Assembly (NCBI GenBank): GCA_009691385.1
Contig: SICQ01000002.1
Location: forward strand, 1-47,324
Length of the DNA stretch: 47,324 nt
DNA from: Candidatus Ryanbacteria bacterium
GTDB lineage: Bacteria > Patescibacteriota > Minisyncoccia > Ryanbacterales > GWA2-47-10b
Direction: 5' to 3'
The notes beneath the pieces were generated by a model. That model searched no databases, had not been told where the DNA came from, and saw only the letters and a program-made list of their open reading frames with translations. Every line of letters starts with the position of its first letter. Positions within the stretch are counted from its first letter, which is position 1. Of the stretch, positions 8,710 to 19,175 are shown one piece after another. The translations under genes and the position numbers were made by a program.

Positions 8710-9926
8710 TTCTGTTGGGGAAACTGCTTGGCAAGGCGCGCGACACTTTTTTTGACAACATCACCGTGGATACCGCGCAATACTTCGTCGATAAAACCCG
8801 CGATCATACGCATTTGCGGCTCACGCATACCGCGTGTGGTGACATCTGCCGTACCGAGCCGAATACCTGATGGATCGCGGGGCGAACGAGTATCATACGG
8901 AATAGTATTTTTGTTCACAATAATACCAACTTCTTCGAGTGCGTCGCTCGCACGAGCACCCGAGATATCCTGCACTTGCGTATCGAGAAGTATCAAATGC
9001 GTATCGGTGCCACCTGATACAATACGCCAGCCATAGTGCGAGAGTTCACCTGAAAGCGCTCGGGCGTTTTTTATAATCTGCTTTGCATATTTTTTAAATG
9101 CTGGAGACTGCGCTTCTTGCAATGCTACCGCAACTGCGGCAATCTGGTTGGCATGTGGCCCGCCCTGCAGACCCGGAAATACTACTTTATCAATCTTTTC
9201 TGAAAATTCTTTTTTGGAAAAAATAAGCGCTGAGCGAGGACCACGAAGTGTTTTGTGTGTCGTCGTCATCACAATATCTGCATACGGAAATGGTGATGGA
9301 TACGCCTTACCGGCTACGAGTCCTGCAAAATGTGACATATCAACGAGCACCAACGCGCCAACATTATCTGCAATAGCGCGAAACTTTTTAAAATCAATAA
9401 TGCGCGAGTATGCGGTAAAACCCGCCACAATAAGTGCGGGTTTTTCTTTTTGTGCGATACGACCTATCTCATCGTAATCGAGCATCTCGGTTTTTTTATC
9501 GACACCGTAGGCGACCTGCTGCCAGACCTTACCCGTCATACTTACCTTGTGCCCGTGTGAGAGATGCCCACCCATAGTTAGCTCAAGCCCCATGATCTTG
9601 GCACCAACCGACACAAGCGCGAAATATATCGCAAGATTCGCGGGAGACCCTGAATACGGCTGCACATTGACTCCCCAAGTTTTTGACGAAAGACCAAAGA
9701 GCTTGAGTGCGCGAGCCTTTGCCAACTCTTCGAGCTCATCTATATACTCATTGCCACCGTAATAGCGAGCTTTTGGATATCCTTCGGCATATTTGTTGAC
9801 GAATATGCTACCGAGCGCCTCGCGCACATCAGCCGATGTATCATTCTCTGATGCGATCAAATTGATCACGCTCGTCTGGCGCTTTGATTCGTTCTTTATC
9901 AACTTGTCTATGTGTTTGTCTTTCAT
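8706..9926 (-). CDS. glyA: serine hydroxymethyltransferase
   Basis: 406 aa. LIASEN, YAEGYPKARYYGG, PLP-Lys region TTTHKTLRGPR. 4-nt overlaps with tsaC and folD. Confidence 0.95.
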   Translation of the reverse strand: MKDKHIDKLIKNESKRQTSVINLIASENDTSADVREALGSIFVNKYAEGYPKARYYGGNEYIDELEELAKARALKLFGLSSKTWGVNVQPYSGSPANLAIYFALVSVGAKIMGLELTMGGHLSHGHKVSMTGKVWQQVAYGVDKKTEMLDYDEIGRIAQKEKPALIVAGFTAYSRIIDFKKFRAIADNVGALVLVDMSHFAGLVAGKAYPSPFPYADIVMTTTHKTLRGPRSALIFSKKEFSEKIDKVVFPGLQGGPHANQIAAVAVALQEAQSPAFKKYAKQIIKNARALSGELSHYGWRIVSGGTDTHLILLDTQVQDISGARASDALEEVGIIVNKNTIPYDTRSPRDPSGIRLGTADVTTRGMREPQMRMIAGFIDEVLRGIHGDVVKKSVARLAKQFPQQK

Positions 9927-10534
9927 TGAAATGTTGTCTTAAAAATTTCTTGCAGGCGCTCGCGCGATACAGGCCCCATGCGCAAAATCTTTGGTGGCAT
10001 GATGGTAAAATCAACCACAGTCGATGCCATACTATCGGGGATATCGCCTCCGTCAACCATCAGCATATCTGAATCCGTCGCATCTTGAAAGTCTCGCGCG
10101 ACTGCCGCGACATGGGTTTGAGCAAGCTGGCCCGACTTGTTTGCTGATGTCATCCACAACGGCTTACCATACGCATCAATGACAGCGCGTACAAATACAT
10201 GATTGGGCACGCGCATGCCTTCCTTACCCTCACCTGATATTTTTTGAAAAACTCCGGTGAACGGCCCTGGCCATACTTCCATAAGGCCTGCTTTTATTTT
10301 TGGCAAAATAATTGCGTACTCTGCAGCCATTGCAAGACTTCCTGCCAAAAGAGCAATGGGCTTTTGCTCATCACGCCCTTTCAGAGCAATGATACGCTCG
10401 AGTGCTGTGGGTTTATCGTATGCGCAACCAATACCGTACACCGTATCGGTTGGCATGATGACTACGCCACCCTCGCGCAGAATGGCAACAGTTTTTTCTA
10501 CTGCATCTGCGTCGTCAATAAGAATCTTTTTCAT
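9923..10534 (-). CDS. tsaC: L-threonylcarbamoyladenylate synthase (YrdC/TsaC type)
   Basis: Start taken at internal ATG 10534 (MKKILIDDADAVEKTVAILREGGVVIMPTDTVYGIG). The longer track ORF would overlap the upstream gene. PTDTVYG and SANKSG motifs. Confidence 0.85.
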   Translation of the reverse strand: MKKILIDDADAVEKTVAILREGGVVIMPTDTVYGIGCAYDKPTALERIIALKGRDEQKPIALLAGSLAMAAEYAIILPKIKAGLMEVWPGPFTGVFQKISGEGKEGMRVPNHVFVRAVIDAYGKPLWMTSANKSGQLAQTHVAAVARDFQDATDSDMLMVDGGDIPDSMASTVVDFTIMPPKILRMGPVSRERLQEIFKTTFQ

Positions 10535-10809
10535 CGCCTGCGCCACCAATAGCGTTTTTCTATATAGATAATCTTCCACCACACAACGCCGAGCATATAG
10601 CCACCGGCGATACCAATAAACACAAGGACGATGGAAAGTGCATGATGAATCTGCCAAAGTTGATCCCACGAAAAACCAAAATTCCAGCGATCAAAATCGG
10701 CAAGCAACAGATTGATATACCACATCTCGATGAGTGCGTGCGCAATCAATTGCAATAAAAATCCGAGAATGGTAGCGGCAAAAAGATATACCGTACGCTT
10801 TATCTGCAT
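10531..10809 (-). CDS. small membrane protein (2-3 TM), unknown function
   Basis: 92 aa, hydrophobic, Trp-rich C-terminal basic tail. ATGA overlap with tsaC. Confidence 0.5.
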   Translation of the reverse strand: MQIKRTVYLFAATILGFLLQLIAHALIEMWYINLLLADFDRWNFGFSWDQLWQIHHALSIVLVFIGIAGGYMLGVVWWKIIYIEKRYWWRRR

Positions 10810-10813
10810 GAGC

Positions 10814-13150
10814 TTATTGTACCAAATTAATCAATTTCTTTGGTACAAAGATTGTTTTCTTAGGTTCACTACCTGCGAGTGCCATTTTAATCTTTTCCCG
10901 TGCAAGCGCTAGCGTACGCGCGTCTGCCTCGGTGATATCCGTCGCTACGCTGACGATATCACGCACTTTGCCGTTGATCTGGATAACCAGCTGGAATGTA
11001 TCATCGATGGTTTTTGCCGGATCATATTGCGGCCATGGGCCTTTGTGAATAGTCTCGCGCGATCCTCGCTGGGCAAAAATCTCTTCGGTGATAAATGGAG
11101 CAAAAGGTGCGAGCATCAACAAAAACACGGAATCAGCAAACGCATCGGGTTCGCGCTCCATCTGTGTCAATAAAACCATAAGCGCTGATATAGCTGTATT
11201 GTTTTGCAATTCTTCCATATCTCGAGTTACTTTTTTAATCGTCTTGTGAGCCAACCGCCCGGTCACTTCATTCGATATGCTCGCGTCACGCTTTTCATTT
11301 ACATAATAATCCCATGTGCGAAACAAAAAGCGCGTGATGCCCTTGATGCCGTCATCGCGGAAATCGCCCCCTTGGTCAAATGGCCCTAGAAACATGAGAT
11401 ACATGCGCAAGACATCCGCACCATATACTGCTAGATACTCGTCTGGATTGACCACATTGCCCCGTGATTTTGACATCTTGGCACCATCTTTAATAATCAA
11501 TCCATGCGCACGAAAGCGTGGCATTGGCTCACCACCAGTGTTCTTAGCAAAATCGGCAAGCTTTAAATCATGCAGTGCTATTGAGATGAACCGCACATAG
11601 AGTAAGTGAAGTACGGAATGCTCGGCACCACCAATATACGAAGCGACGGGCAACCACCTACGCGCGCGGTCTTGTGAGAATGGCTCTTTATTATTTTTTG
11701 GATCGAGATAACGCAAGTAGTACCAACTTGAATCCAAGAAAGTATCACACACATCCGTCTCGCGGCGTGCGGCGCCCCCGCACTCGGGGCAGGTGGTCTG
11801 GTAAAACTCAGGAAAGTTTGCAAGCGGCGATTTATCGGTACCGGTAGGGCGGAACTCTTTGACATCAGGTAACAGTACGGGTAAGTTTTCTTCGCGTTCT
11901 GGCATCCACTTGGTACATGAGTCACACCAAATCATGGGAATAGGCGCGCCCCAATAGCGCTGGCGTGATACCAGCCAATCACGCAGACGATAATTTGTCG
12001 TGCGCTTGCCGCCAGCTTTTTTGATAGCCTCATCAAACTCTATGAGAGGCGCGTCACTGACCGGAAGATTGAATTTTTGAGCAAACTCACGATCACGCTC
12101 ATCATGCGCAGGCACTGCCATGATCGCGCCCGTGCCATAACCGGCAAGTACATAATCAGAAACCCACACGGGTATTTCTTTATCAGTTGCTGGATTTACT
12201 GCGTTGATGCCTGAAAATATACCTGTCTTTTCTTTTTCCTCGGCGCGCCTGTCCGCGCCCGCGCGGCACCTGAGTGCATCTTTGATATATGCGCGCACAT
12301 CATCAGATGTCTGCCAACCCACATCGAGCCAACTTTGTGCTAGCTCTGGCGAGATGACGCAAAAAGTCGCGCCAAAAATAGTATCGGGCCGCGTAGTAAA
12401 TATCTTGAGTGCGTGCTTGCCATTTTCTTGCCCTCTGATGCCTGTGAGCACAAAATCAATCTCGGCCCCTTCTGATTTACCAATCCAATTGCGTTGCGCG
12501 ATTTTTATTTTTTCTGTCCAATCAATCGTATCGAGACCTGCGAGCAACTTATCTGCATAGTCAGTAATCTTAAAAAACCACTGTTCAAGCTGTTTTTTGG
12601 CAACAATCGTACGGCATCGCTCGCACTCGCCCGCAATAACCTGCTCATTGGCAAGCACTGTCAAACAGTGCGGACACCAGTTGACCTCAGCTTTTTTGCG
12701 ATATGCAAGACCCGCTTTAAAAAGTTGGATAAAAAGCCATTGCGTCCAACGGTAGTATTCGGGGTCGTATGTCTCAAGTTTTTGTTCCCACGCAAAACCG
12801 TTGCCAACAGACGCGAGCTGACGGTAAAAGTTTTTTTCAGAATCAGCAGCGTGTTGTTTTGGGTGTTTACCTATTTTGATCGCATAATTTTCGGAATGAA
12901 TCCCAAATCCATCAAGCCCTATGGGTTCGAAAACATCAAACCCTTCCATGCGCTTTTTGCGCCCACAAATATCGGCGCCCACAAACGCGTACATATTGCC
13001 CACATGCAAGCCTTCCGCAGATGGGTAGGGAAACATCATGAGGTTGTAAAATGGTTTTTTGGCATTATCCAAATTAGGCTCGTAGATACGATCTTTGAGC
13101 CACAGGGACTGCCATTTTTTCTCGAGCGCCTGCGGATTATATTTCTTCAT
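10814..13150 (-). CDS. leuS: leucyl-tRNA synthetase
   Basis: Start at ATG 13150 (MKKYNPQALEKKWQSLW). HIGH-type (PYPSAEGLHVGN), KMSKS (GAKMSKSRGN), CP1 editing region. Confidence 0.95.
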   Translation of the reverse strand: MKKYNPQALEKKWQSLWLKDRIYEPNLDNAKKPFYNLMMFPYPSAEGLHVGNMYAFVGADICGRKKRMEGFDVFEPIGLDGFGIHSENYAIKIGKHPKQHAADSEKNFYRQLASVGNGFAWEQKLETYDPEYYRWTQWLFIQLFKAGLAYRKKAEVNWCPHCLTVLANEQVIAGECERCRTIVAKKQLEQWFFKITDYADKLLAGLDTIDWTEKIKIAQRNWIGKSEGAEIDFVLTGIRGQENGKHALKIFTTRPDTIFGATFCVISPELAQSWLDVGWQTSDDVRAYIKDALRCRAGADRRAEEKEKTGIFSGINAVNPATDKEIPVWVSDYVLAGYGTGAIMAVPAHDERDREFAQKFNLPVSDAPLIEFDEAIKKAGGKRTTNYRLRDWLVSRQRYWGAPIPMIWCDSCTKWMPEREENLPVLLPDVKEFRPTGTDKSPLANFPEFYQTTCPECGGAARRETDVCDTFLDSSWYYLRYLDPKNNKEPFSQDRARRWLPVASYIGGAEHSVLHLLYVRFISIALHDLKLADFAKNTGGEPMPRFRAHGLIIKDGAKMSKSRGNVVNPDEYLAVYGADVLRMYLMFLGPFDQGGDFRDDGIKGITRFLFRTWDYYVNEKRDASISNEVTGRLAHKTIKKVTRDMEELQNNTAISALMVLLTQMEREPDAFADSVFLLMLAPFAPFITEEIFAQRGSRETIHKGPWPQYDPAKTIDDTFQLVIQINGKVRDIVSVATDITEADARTLALAREKIKMALAGSEPKKTIFVPKKLINLVQ

Positions 13151-13201
13151 TGGTTTTCTTATCGTACGCCAAAAAGTGTTTCTCTGCAAAGAAAAAGCGC
13201 C

Positions 13202-13984
13202 TCACCCGTGTGGGGAGGCGCGCGAGGCATGGCGAGCGAGCATGCGCTCGATCTGGGCACGCGTCTCGGTCATGAGTGATAGGACCGTGTCCCATTCGTG
13301 GACGATGATGGGCTTGCCAAATTCAACCGTGACATGTACGCCGGGCGTGACGCGCATGATTGAATTGGGTGGCAATACGCGGAACGCGCCTGAGATTGCC
13401 ATAGGTATGATCGGCAACTTGGTATCGAGCGCAATATGAAACGCACCCTTTTTGAAGGGGCCCATCTCGCCAGTTCGTGTACGTGTTCCCTCCACGAAGA
13501 TGACGAGACGCGCGTTGGGCCATACCTTGATGCCCGCATGAATAGCGGCAACGGCCTGCGCGTTGTTGGCACGATCGACAATGATCTGACCGCCGTGAAG
13601 CGCGGCCTTGCCGAACACGGGAAGGCGGGAAATCTCGCGCTTCACAATGAATCGCCCACCCTCAACGATGCCGACTGCAAGTGGGATATCGAACGCGCTT
13701 TCATGATTTGCGGCGACGATGTAGGCACGCGCGTCATCAAGATGTTCGCGACCAATCACCTCAACTCGCGCGCGGGTTAGGTTGATGATGGGCTGCGCCC
13801 AAAATCGGCGCGCGACCCGCCAGATATAGCGGCCTCGCACCTTATCACTCGCCCTCGACTGATAACGCGCAAGATTGCGTACGGCACCGCATCCACGCCG
13901 ATGAAACCACGAGATGTAGGTTGTCAGAAGTACCGCGCGCACGAGTATAGACAGGCGCCAGAAAAAAAGTTGGAACCCCTTCAT
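13202..13984 (-). CDS. plsC: 1-acyl-sn-glycerol-3-phosphate acyltransferase (PlsC family), GC-rich
   Basis: 260 aa. Acyltransferase HX4D box (ANHESAFD), FVEGTRTRTG, PIIPMAISG. GGAGAT SD before ATG 13984. Confidence 0.8.
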   Translation of the reverse strand: MKGFQLFFWRLSILVRAVLLTTYISWFHRRGCGAVRNLARYQSRASDKVRGRYIWRVARRFWAQPIINLTRARVEVIGREHLDDARAYIVAANHESAFDIPLAVGIVEGGRFIVKREISRLPVFGKAALHGGQIIVDRANNAQAVAAIHAGIKVWPNARLVIFVEGTRTRTGEMGPFKKGAFHIALDTKLPIIPMAISGAFRVLPPNSIMRVTPGVHVTVEFGKPIIVHEWDTVLSLMTETRAQIERMLARHASRASPHG

Positions 13985-14025
13985 GAGCTATCTCCTTTTG
14001 TAAAGGACTTCGCACTATTGGTAGC

Positions 14026-14370
14026 ATGATTGACGACTTACCTGCAATACCGTACAGTATTTGCGGAAGGAGACATGCCTTGAAACATCCGTGTGCCGCA
14101 TGTGACCATCTGAACGGTCCACTCGAATATTCTGACGGCCACCGCGTGTGCGCTGCCTGTAAGGAGGAATGGGAAAAAATCCGCAATGGATCCCATGAGG
14201 TACGATCTCGGCCCGTGCTCCAGCTCTATATCGATACTCAAGTGCGAGCGTTCGCACCCAGCATACCAAGAAGGAGACTTCGTTTTGTCGGCTCTCTGAC
14301 AACGCCGCAGATGCTCAAAATGGCCCGCCTGTTAACCGAGATTCGCTCGGCTGCCATGAACGCAGCATAG
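14026..14370 (+). CDS. hypothetical zinc-ribbon protein
   Basis: 114 aa. Cys pattern C13...C23-x2-C26...C42-x2-C45 (ICGRRHALKHPCAAC...HRVCAAC). Followed by a terminator. No clear SD. Confidence 0.5.
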   Translation: MIDDLPAIPYSICGRRHALKHPCAACDHLNGPLEYSDGHRVCAACKEEWEKIRNGSHEVRSRPVLQLYIDTQVRAFAPSIPRRRLRFVGSLTTPQMLKMARLLTEIRSAAMNAA

Positions 14371-14398
14371 CCCCACACCCTGGGGCTCTTTTTATTTT
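14369..14398 (+). terminator. intrinsic terminator
   Basis: AGCCCCA-caccc-TGGGGCT followed by CTTTTTATTTT. Confidence 0.5.
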
Positions 14399-15231
14399 AA
14401 ATGAAAAATACGAGACGCGTTGCTGACGGTCGCCTTTGCTACTTCATCAAAACTGATACCGCGGAGCTCGGCTACTTTTTTTGCGATCTCTTCTACATAT
14501 AAAGGCTCATTGCGCCGGCCTCGGTACGGTACGGGGGCTACATAAGGTGCGTCGGTCTCTACCATGATGCGATCAAGTGGCATATTTTTTACCGTTTCAT
14601 CATAATCGCGCGCAAAAGTGATAACGCCCGTAAATGAAAGTCCGAACCCCAAATCTAAAAACTTTTGCGCGTCACTCCATGTGCCCGCAAAAAAGTGAAT
14701 CGTGCCACCAACCTCACCCGCGTGCTCTTCGATAAGAATCTTGTGCAAATCATCGTACGCGTTTCTACAATGAATGATAAGGGGTTTTTGTACTTCGCGC
14801 GCAAGCTTGATATGCCCGCGCAACACTTCAAATTGTTTTTCTCGCTCCACCTGCGTGCCACCTGACCGAAAATAATCAAGCCCACACTCGCCGATAGCTA
14901 CCGTTTTTGGATGCATAGCGAGCGTTTTGTATTTTTTATAATCAAACTCTTCAGGTCGCGAACTAAATCCCGGCACGCCTGATGTCGATATTTCTTCGGC
15001 ATCGACATGAATCTCACCGCCCACATGGATAGGGTGGAGACCTATTGCCGCCCATGCAGCCTCGGGATATCGCTCGGCATACTCAATAGCACGCGCTGAA
15101 GTATCATATTGCGAACCGACTAAAATCATACCGACACCACCGGCAAGCGTGCGGCGCATCACTTCGTCGCCATCATCACGAAAAGCGTTGAAGTTTACAT
15201 GCGTATGAATATCAATCAGTTTTAGGTCCAT
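14392..15231 (-). CDS. tatD: TatD-family metal-dependent hydrolase/DNase
   Basis: 279 aa. IDIHTHVNF start, AIGECGLDY, IIHCR, ETDAPYV motifs. Confidence 0.9.
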   Translation of the reverse strand: MDLKLIDIHTHVNFNAFRDDGDEVMRRTLAGGVGMILVGSQYDTSARAIEYAERYPEAAWAAIGLHPIHVGGEIHVDAEEISTSGVPGFSSRPEEFDYKKYKTLAMHPKTVAIGECGLDYFRSGGTQVEREKQFEVLRGHIKLAREVQKPLIIHCRNAYDDLHKILIEEHAGEVGGTIHFFAGTWSDAQKFLDLGFGLSFTGVITFARDYDETVKNMPLDRIMVETDAPYVAPVPYRGRRNEPLYVEEIAKKVAELRGISFDEVAKATVSNASRIFHLK

Positions 15232-16795
15232 CTGCTTTTGAGGGAAAGAGTGCCTCGCTCAATGTTATATGAATCGAAGTCGGATCTTCTTTTTGCTTGA
15301 GCTCGGTACCAAATACTTTTACTATTTTTTCTGCGGTACTTGGCATAAAGGATTCCAAAAGCTTGGCAGCGCGGATAATATGCAGAGCTACATTCCACAA
15401 CACCGCTTTGGTTTTGTCTGGATCAGTTTTAACGAGACGATACGGCTCATAGTCTTGGATATATCCATCTAGTAGCGAGAAAAAACTGGAGAGTATAGTG
15501 ATCGCATCAGTGAGACGATATTCAAACATCGCGCGCGAAAACTCTTCGGCGATATCGCGCTCAAAATATGTATTGAGAGCTGAACCATCAAGCGATACGC
15601 GCGAAGAAAGCACTTCGTGTTTGAGCACGCGACGGGTAGGCACGCCCGCGAGCGCTTCTGCAGACGGCGCTTCAATATGTCCTTCAAAATATTTATTGAT
15701 CATGGCGGCCGTACGCGAGACAAGGTTGCCCATACCGTGCGCAAGATTGCCCTCGTAGACATCGCGAAATCGTTCACGGGTAAAATCACCATCTTCGCCG
15801 AGTGGAATTTCACGCAAAAGAAAATAACGAAACGCATCCTTGCCGTATTGATCAATAAATTCTGTAGGATCAATCACATTGCCAAGCGTTTTTGACATCT
15901 TCTGCCCGCCCGAACGGATCATGCCCGTCACCAAAAGCATTTTAGGTAAGGGCAAACCAGCCGAAAGCAACATGCCCGGCCAAATAGCCGCATGAAAACG
16001 CAAAATATCTTTGCCTATGATGTGCGCGTCAGCCGGCCAAAAAGTTTTGAAGTTTGTATCGTCACCCCTCCCATATCCGAGCGCACTAATATAGTTTGTC
16101 AGTGCATCAGCCCACACATACATGGTATGCTCGCGATCGCCAGGCACCGGAATGCCCCACGAAATATCTTTTGAGGGTCGAGAAAAGCTGATGTCTACAG
16201 CTCCCTCCTCCAAAAACGCCAAGATTTCTTTCTTACGACTCTCGGGCATGATCCGCATCTCGTCAGATGCGATGGCACTTTTGATACGATCTTTATATTT
16301 AGAAAGCCTAAAAAAATAATTTTCTTCCGCGATCTTTTCAGGCGTTTGATTATGGTCAGCGCATTTGCCATCAACCAAATCTTTCTCGGTCACAAACGCT
16401 TCGTGGCCCACGCAATAAAGCCCCTCGTATGTTGCTTTATACAAATCATCCGCATCTACAAGTTTTTTCCAAAACGCCTCGGCGCCGGGCCAGTGCCGCT
16501 CGCTATCCGAAGTATAGATAAAATCATCTTGCTGGGCGCCAAGAGAAGCGAGTAATTTTTTGAATTCATCGCGATGCTTTTCTACAAATTCTTTAGTGGA
16601 AACATTGGCTTTTTCTGCTGCGCGCACAATTTTTGCCCCGTGTTCATCGGTACCTGAAAGGAAAAAAGTTGCCTCGCCCCTTGCTCGATGCCAGCGCGCA
16701 AGCGTGTCTGCAACCACATCAGCATATGCGTGCCCCAAGTGAGGTGCGGCATTTACATAAAAAATAGGCGTGGTGACATAAAACTTTTTATCCAT
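15212..16795 (-). CDS. metG: methionyl-tRNA synthetase
   Basis: 527 aa. HIGH (APHLGHAY), KMSKS (QKMSKTLGN). 20-nt overlap with the tatD start. Confidence 0.95.
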   Translation of the reverse strand: MDKKFYVTTPIFYVNAAPHLGHAYADVVADTLARWHRARGEATFFLSGTDEHGAKIVRAAEKANVSTKEFVEKHRDEFKKLLASLGAQQDDFIYTSDSERHWPGAEAFWKKLVDADDLYKATYEGLYCVGHEAFVTEKDLVDGKCADHNQTPEKIAEENYFFRLSKYKDRIKSAIASDEMRIMPESRKKEILAFLEEGAVDISFSRPSKDISWGIPVPGDREHTMYVWADALTNYISALGYGRGDDTNFKTFWPADAHIIGKDILRFHAAIWPGMLLSAGLPLPKMLLVTGMIRSGGQKMSKTLGNVIDPTEFIDQYGKDAFRYFLLREIPLGEDGDFTRERFRDVYEGNLAHGMGNLVSRTAAMINKYFEGHIEAPSAEALAGVPTRRVLKHEVLSSRVSLDGSALNTYFERDIAEEFSRAMFEYRLTDAITILSSFFSLLDGYIQDYEPYRLVKTDPDKTKAVLWNVALHIIRAAKLLESFMPSTAEKIVKVFGTELKQKEDPTSIHITLSEALFPSKADGPKTD

Positions 16796-16809
16796 ACAAT
16801 CCGTCAGAA

Positions 16810-17844
16810 TTAAATCGTCCGCTTGTGCAGGGCGACATCGTTAAAATACTCGACAAAAATCACCGCGAGAGGAATCGCAATAATAATACCCACCGCGCCA
16901 GCGACCGTACCACCAACCAAAAGCGCGATGATCGCCAAAAGTGGGTGGACGCCCACCGTCTTACGCACTACCTGCGGATAGATAAGATGATTTTCCATTT
17001 GCTGTACCAAAAAATAAATACCCGCGACAAGCAGACCTAAGAGCGGGTCTTTGATGGCGGTCACCGCAATGGCAGGGATAGCGGCCATGACAGGACCGAA
17101 ATACGGAATGATTTCAAAAATTGCTGATAACACCGCAAACAAAAACGCATGCTCGACACGCAATACCGTAAGCATAATAAATACGAGCACGCCCACCAAA
17201 AGACCGAGTAAGAGCTGACCTTGGAGCCACCTGCCTATCTTGCGTTGCGAGCGCGCCCAGAGATCAAGCGCGTACTCTTCGTATTCTTTGGGCGTGACGA
17301 TACGAAGTACATCGGCAATCCCATCTTCTTGCGCTGTCAGATAAAATGAAATGATGACGATAAAGCCAAACGAGAGAACACTAGAGAAAAAGGTAGATGA
17401 AAAGCTAAAAAAGCCGCTCACTGCCCCTTGTATATATTGATCAGCGGTGAGTGCGGAATGACGGATCGCCTCAATGACAAAATCAAACGAAAGGAATGGT
17501 ACCTTTTGCTGAAAGCCGACAAGTGCTGTCTCAATAAGCGTAGGAAGCCGCGAGAAAAATATTTGGAAATCACCCGCGAGTGGTGGTACCAAAAGATAGA
17601 AAATGCCAACTACAAAGACCATTCCTGAAAGATAGATCAGCAATGTAGCAAGTACGCGTGGGAAACGCCACCTGATAAACCATTGCACGAGGGGCTCTAC
17701 CGCTGACGCGATAACAATCGAGACCAAGATGATCATCAAGATGTCGCGAACAACCCACAGAAAAGCAATCCCGAGTACTACCAAAGCGAGGCGAACCAGA
17801 GTGCTTGTTGAAATATCAATCGATGCGCGAGGAGGACGGCTCAC
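16810..17844 (-). CDS. AI-2E family transporter (PerM-like permease)
   Basis: 344 aa, about 8 TM. Typical AI-2E layout with IPYFGPVMAAIPA motif. Confidence 0.8.
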   Translation of the reverse strand: MSRPPRASIDISTSTLVRLALVVLGIAFLWVVRDILMIILVSIVIASAVEPLVQWFIRWRFPRVLATLLIYLSGMVFVVGIFYLLVPPLAGDFQIFFSRLPTLIETALVGFQQKVPFLSFDFVIEAIRHSALTADQYIQGAVSGFFSFSSTFFSSVLSFGFIVIISFYLTAQEDGIADVLRIVTPKEYEEYALDLWARSQRKIGRWLQGQLLLGLLVGVLVFIMLTVLRVEHAFLFAVLSAIFEIIPYFGPVMAAIPAIAVTAIKDPLLGLLVAGIYFLVQQMENHLIYPQVVRKTVGVHPLLAIIALLVGGTVAGAVGIIIAIPLAVIFVEYFNDVALHKRTI

Positions 17845-19115
17845 AGTGCTTTTTTAAGTATTTGCTCGTATGGACCTTTCTCGAGTTTGGGGCCAATCAT
17901 GGAGAGATACAATCTGTCGCGACGGAAAAGAGTTTTGGCGACCCGCGCAATATCTTCGCGCGTAACAGCATCAACTTTTTTGATAAGTTCGTCGGGCTTT
18001 TTTATTTTGCCGAGCATAATTTCTTGCGTACCTAAAAATGACGCGACTTCATCAGTTGATTCGAGTGAAATCGCAAGGTGCCCCTTGATATTGTCTTTCG
18101 CGCGTTTGAGTTCTTCTGCGGTAGCACCGCCCTTCTTGATCTTATCAAGATGGCTGACAATTCGCTCGACGACTTCAACGCTGCGCTCATGTGGCACGCC
18201 TGCATATGCGCCGAAATAACCCGTTTTGAGATACGCGTCGTGCCCTGCGCGAATAGCATACGCAAGCCCGTGCTTGCCACGAATATCAGCCCAGAGACGC
18301 GAGCTCATATAACCACCCAAAATGGTGGAGAGTACATCAGCTACTACGCGATCTTTGCTCTCGAGCGGATAACCAAGAGCACCGACCACAATATGCGACT
18401 GATCGGTATTTTTCTCAAAAAGGCGCATCCGTGGGCCCGCCTTGGGCTCTTTGAATGCTGCTGCTTTTACGGGTGTGCCAACACGCAATTTTCCAAACGC
18501 TTTCTCAATCTTGCGAAGTGTCTCTGTCTCTTTGATATTGCCTGCCACGGTCACCACAGTATTGCGCGCAACATATTGGCTCTTCCAATACTTGAGAAAA
18601 TCAGATCGTTTGATCGTGCGAATATTCTCAGCGGTACCAATCACATCCCATCCATACGCATTATCACCGTACACAAGCTCTTCGAAAAGCGACCATACAT
18701 AGCGCCGCGGATCATCCCAATACATTTTCATTTCTTCTAAAATAACGCCTCGCTCGCGGTTGATCTCTTCTTCCTTCAAAAGCGCGTTTTGCAAAATATC
18801 AGAAACAAAAAGAAGCGCTAGATCGAACTGCTTTGCATCTACTTTGATCCAATAGCCCGTCTCTTCTCTGGTGGTAAACGCGTTGTGAATAGCGCCTACC
18901 GAGTCGAGCAACCGATCAAGCTCACCGGGCTTGGGATATTTGGTAGTACCCTTGAAAAACATGTGTTCAAGAAAATGTGAAAGGCCGCTGATGTCTCTAG
19001 CCTCGTAGTTTGAGCCGGTGCCTACCAATACCAGAATAGTAATCGTCTGGGTTGATTCCATAGGGGCGACGATTGCGCGCAGACCATTTTTGAACTTCTT
19101 TTCAGTAAATTTCAT
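17841..19115 (-). CDS. M16-family zinc peptidase (pitrilysin/insulinase-like)
   Basis: 424 aa. Inverted zinc motif HFLEHMFFKGT. Confidence 0.85.
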   Translation of the reverse strand: MKFTEKKFKNGLRAIVAPMESTQTITILVLVGTGSNYEARDISGLSHFLEHMFFKGTTKYPKPGELDRLLDSVGAIHNAFTTREETGYWIKVDAKQFDLALLFVSDILQNALLKEEEINRERGVILEEMKMYWDDPRRYVWSLFEELVYGDNAYGWDVIGTAENIRTIKRSDFLKYWKSQYVARNTVVTVAGNIKETETLRKIEKAFGKLRVGTPVKAAAFKEPKAGPRMRLFEKNTDQSHIVVGALGYPLESKDRVVADVLSTILGGYMSSRLWADIRGKHGLAYAIRAGHDAYLKTGYFGAYAGVPHERSVEVVERIVSHLDKIKKGGATAEELKRAKDNIKGHLAISLESTDEVASFLGTQEIMLGKIKKPDELIKKVDAVTREDIARVAKTLFRRDRLYLSMIGPKLEKGPYEQILKKAL

Positions 19116-19175
19116 AGCATCATCATATCACAAAAACCCCGAAAAGAAAGCGGGCGCATATCGGCAAAAAAATGC

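Noticed and set aside
12494-13279. 261-aa + strand ORF antisense to leuS. Similar antisense ORFs occur at 18078-18740, 21077-21733, 23192-23722 and 33543-34196.
   Set aside because: Each lies entirely opposite a confidently identified gene. None has recognisable motifs, and their composition is typical of antisense frames.
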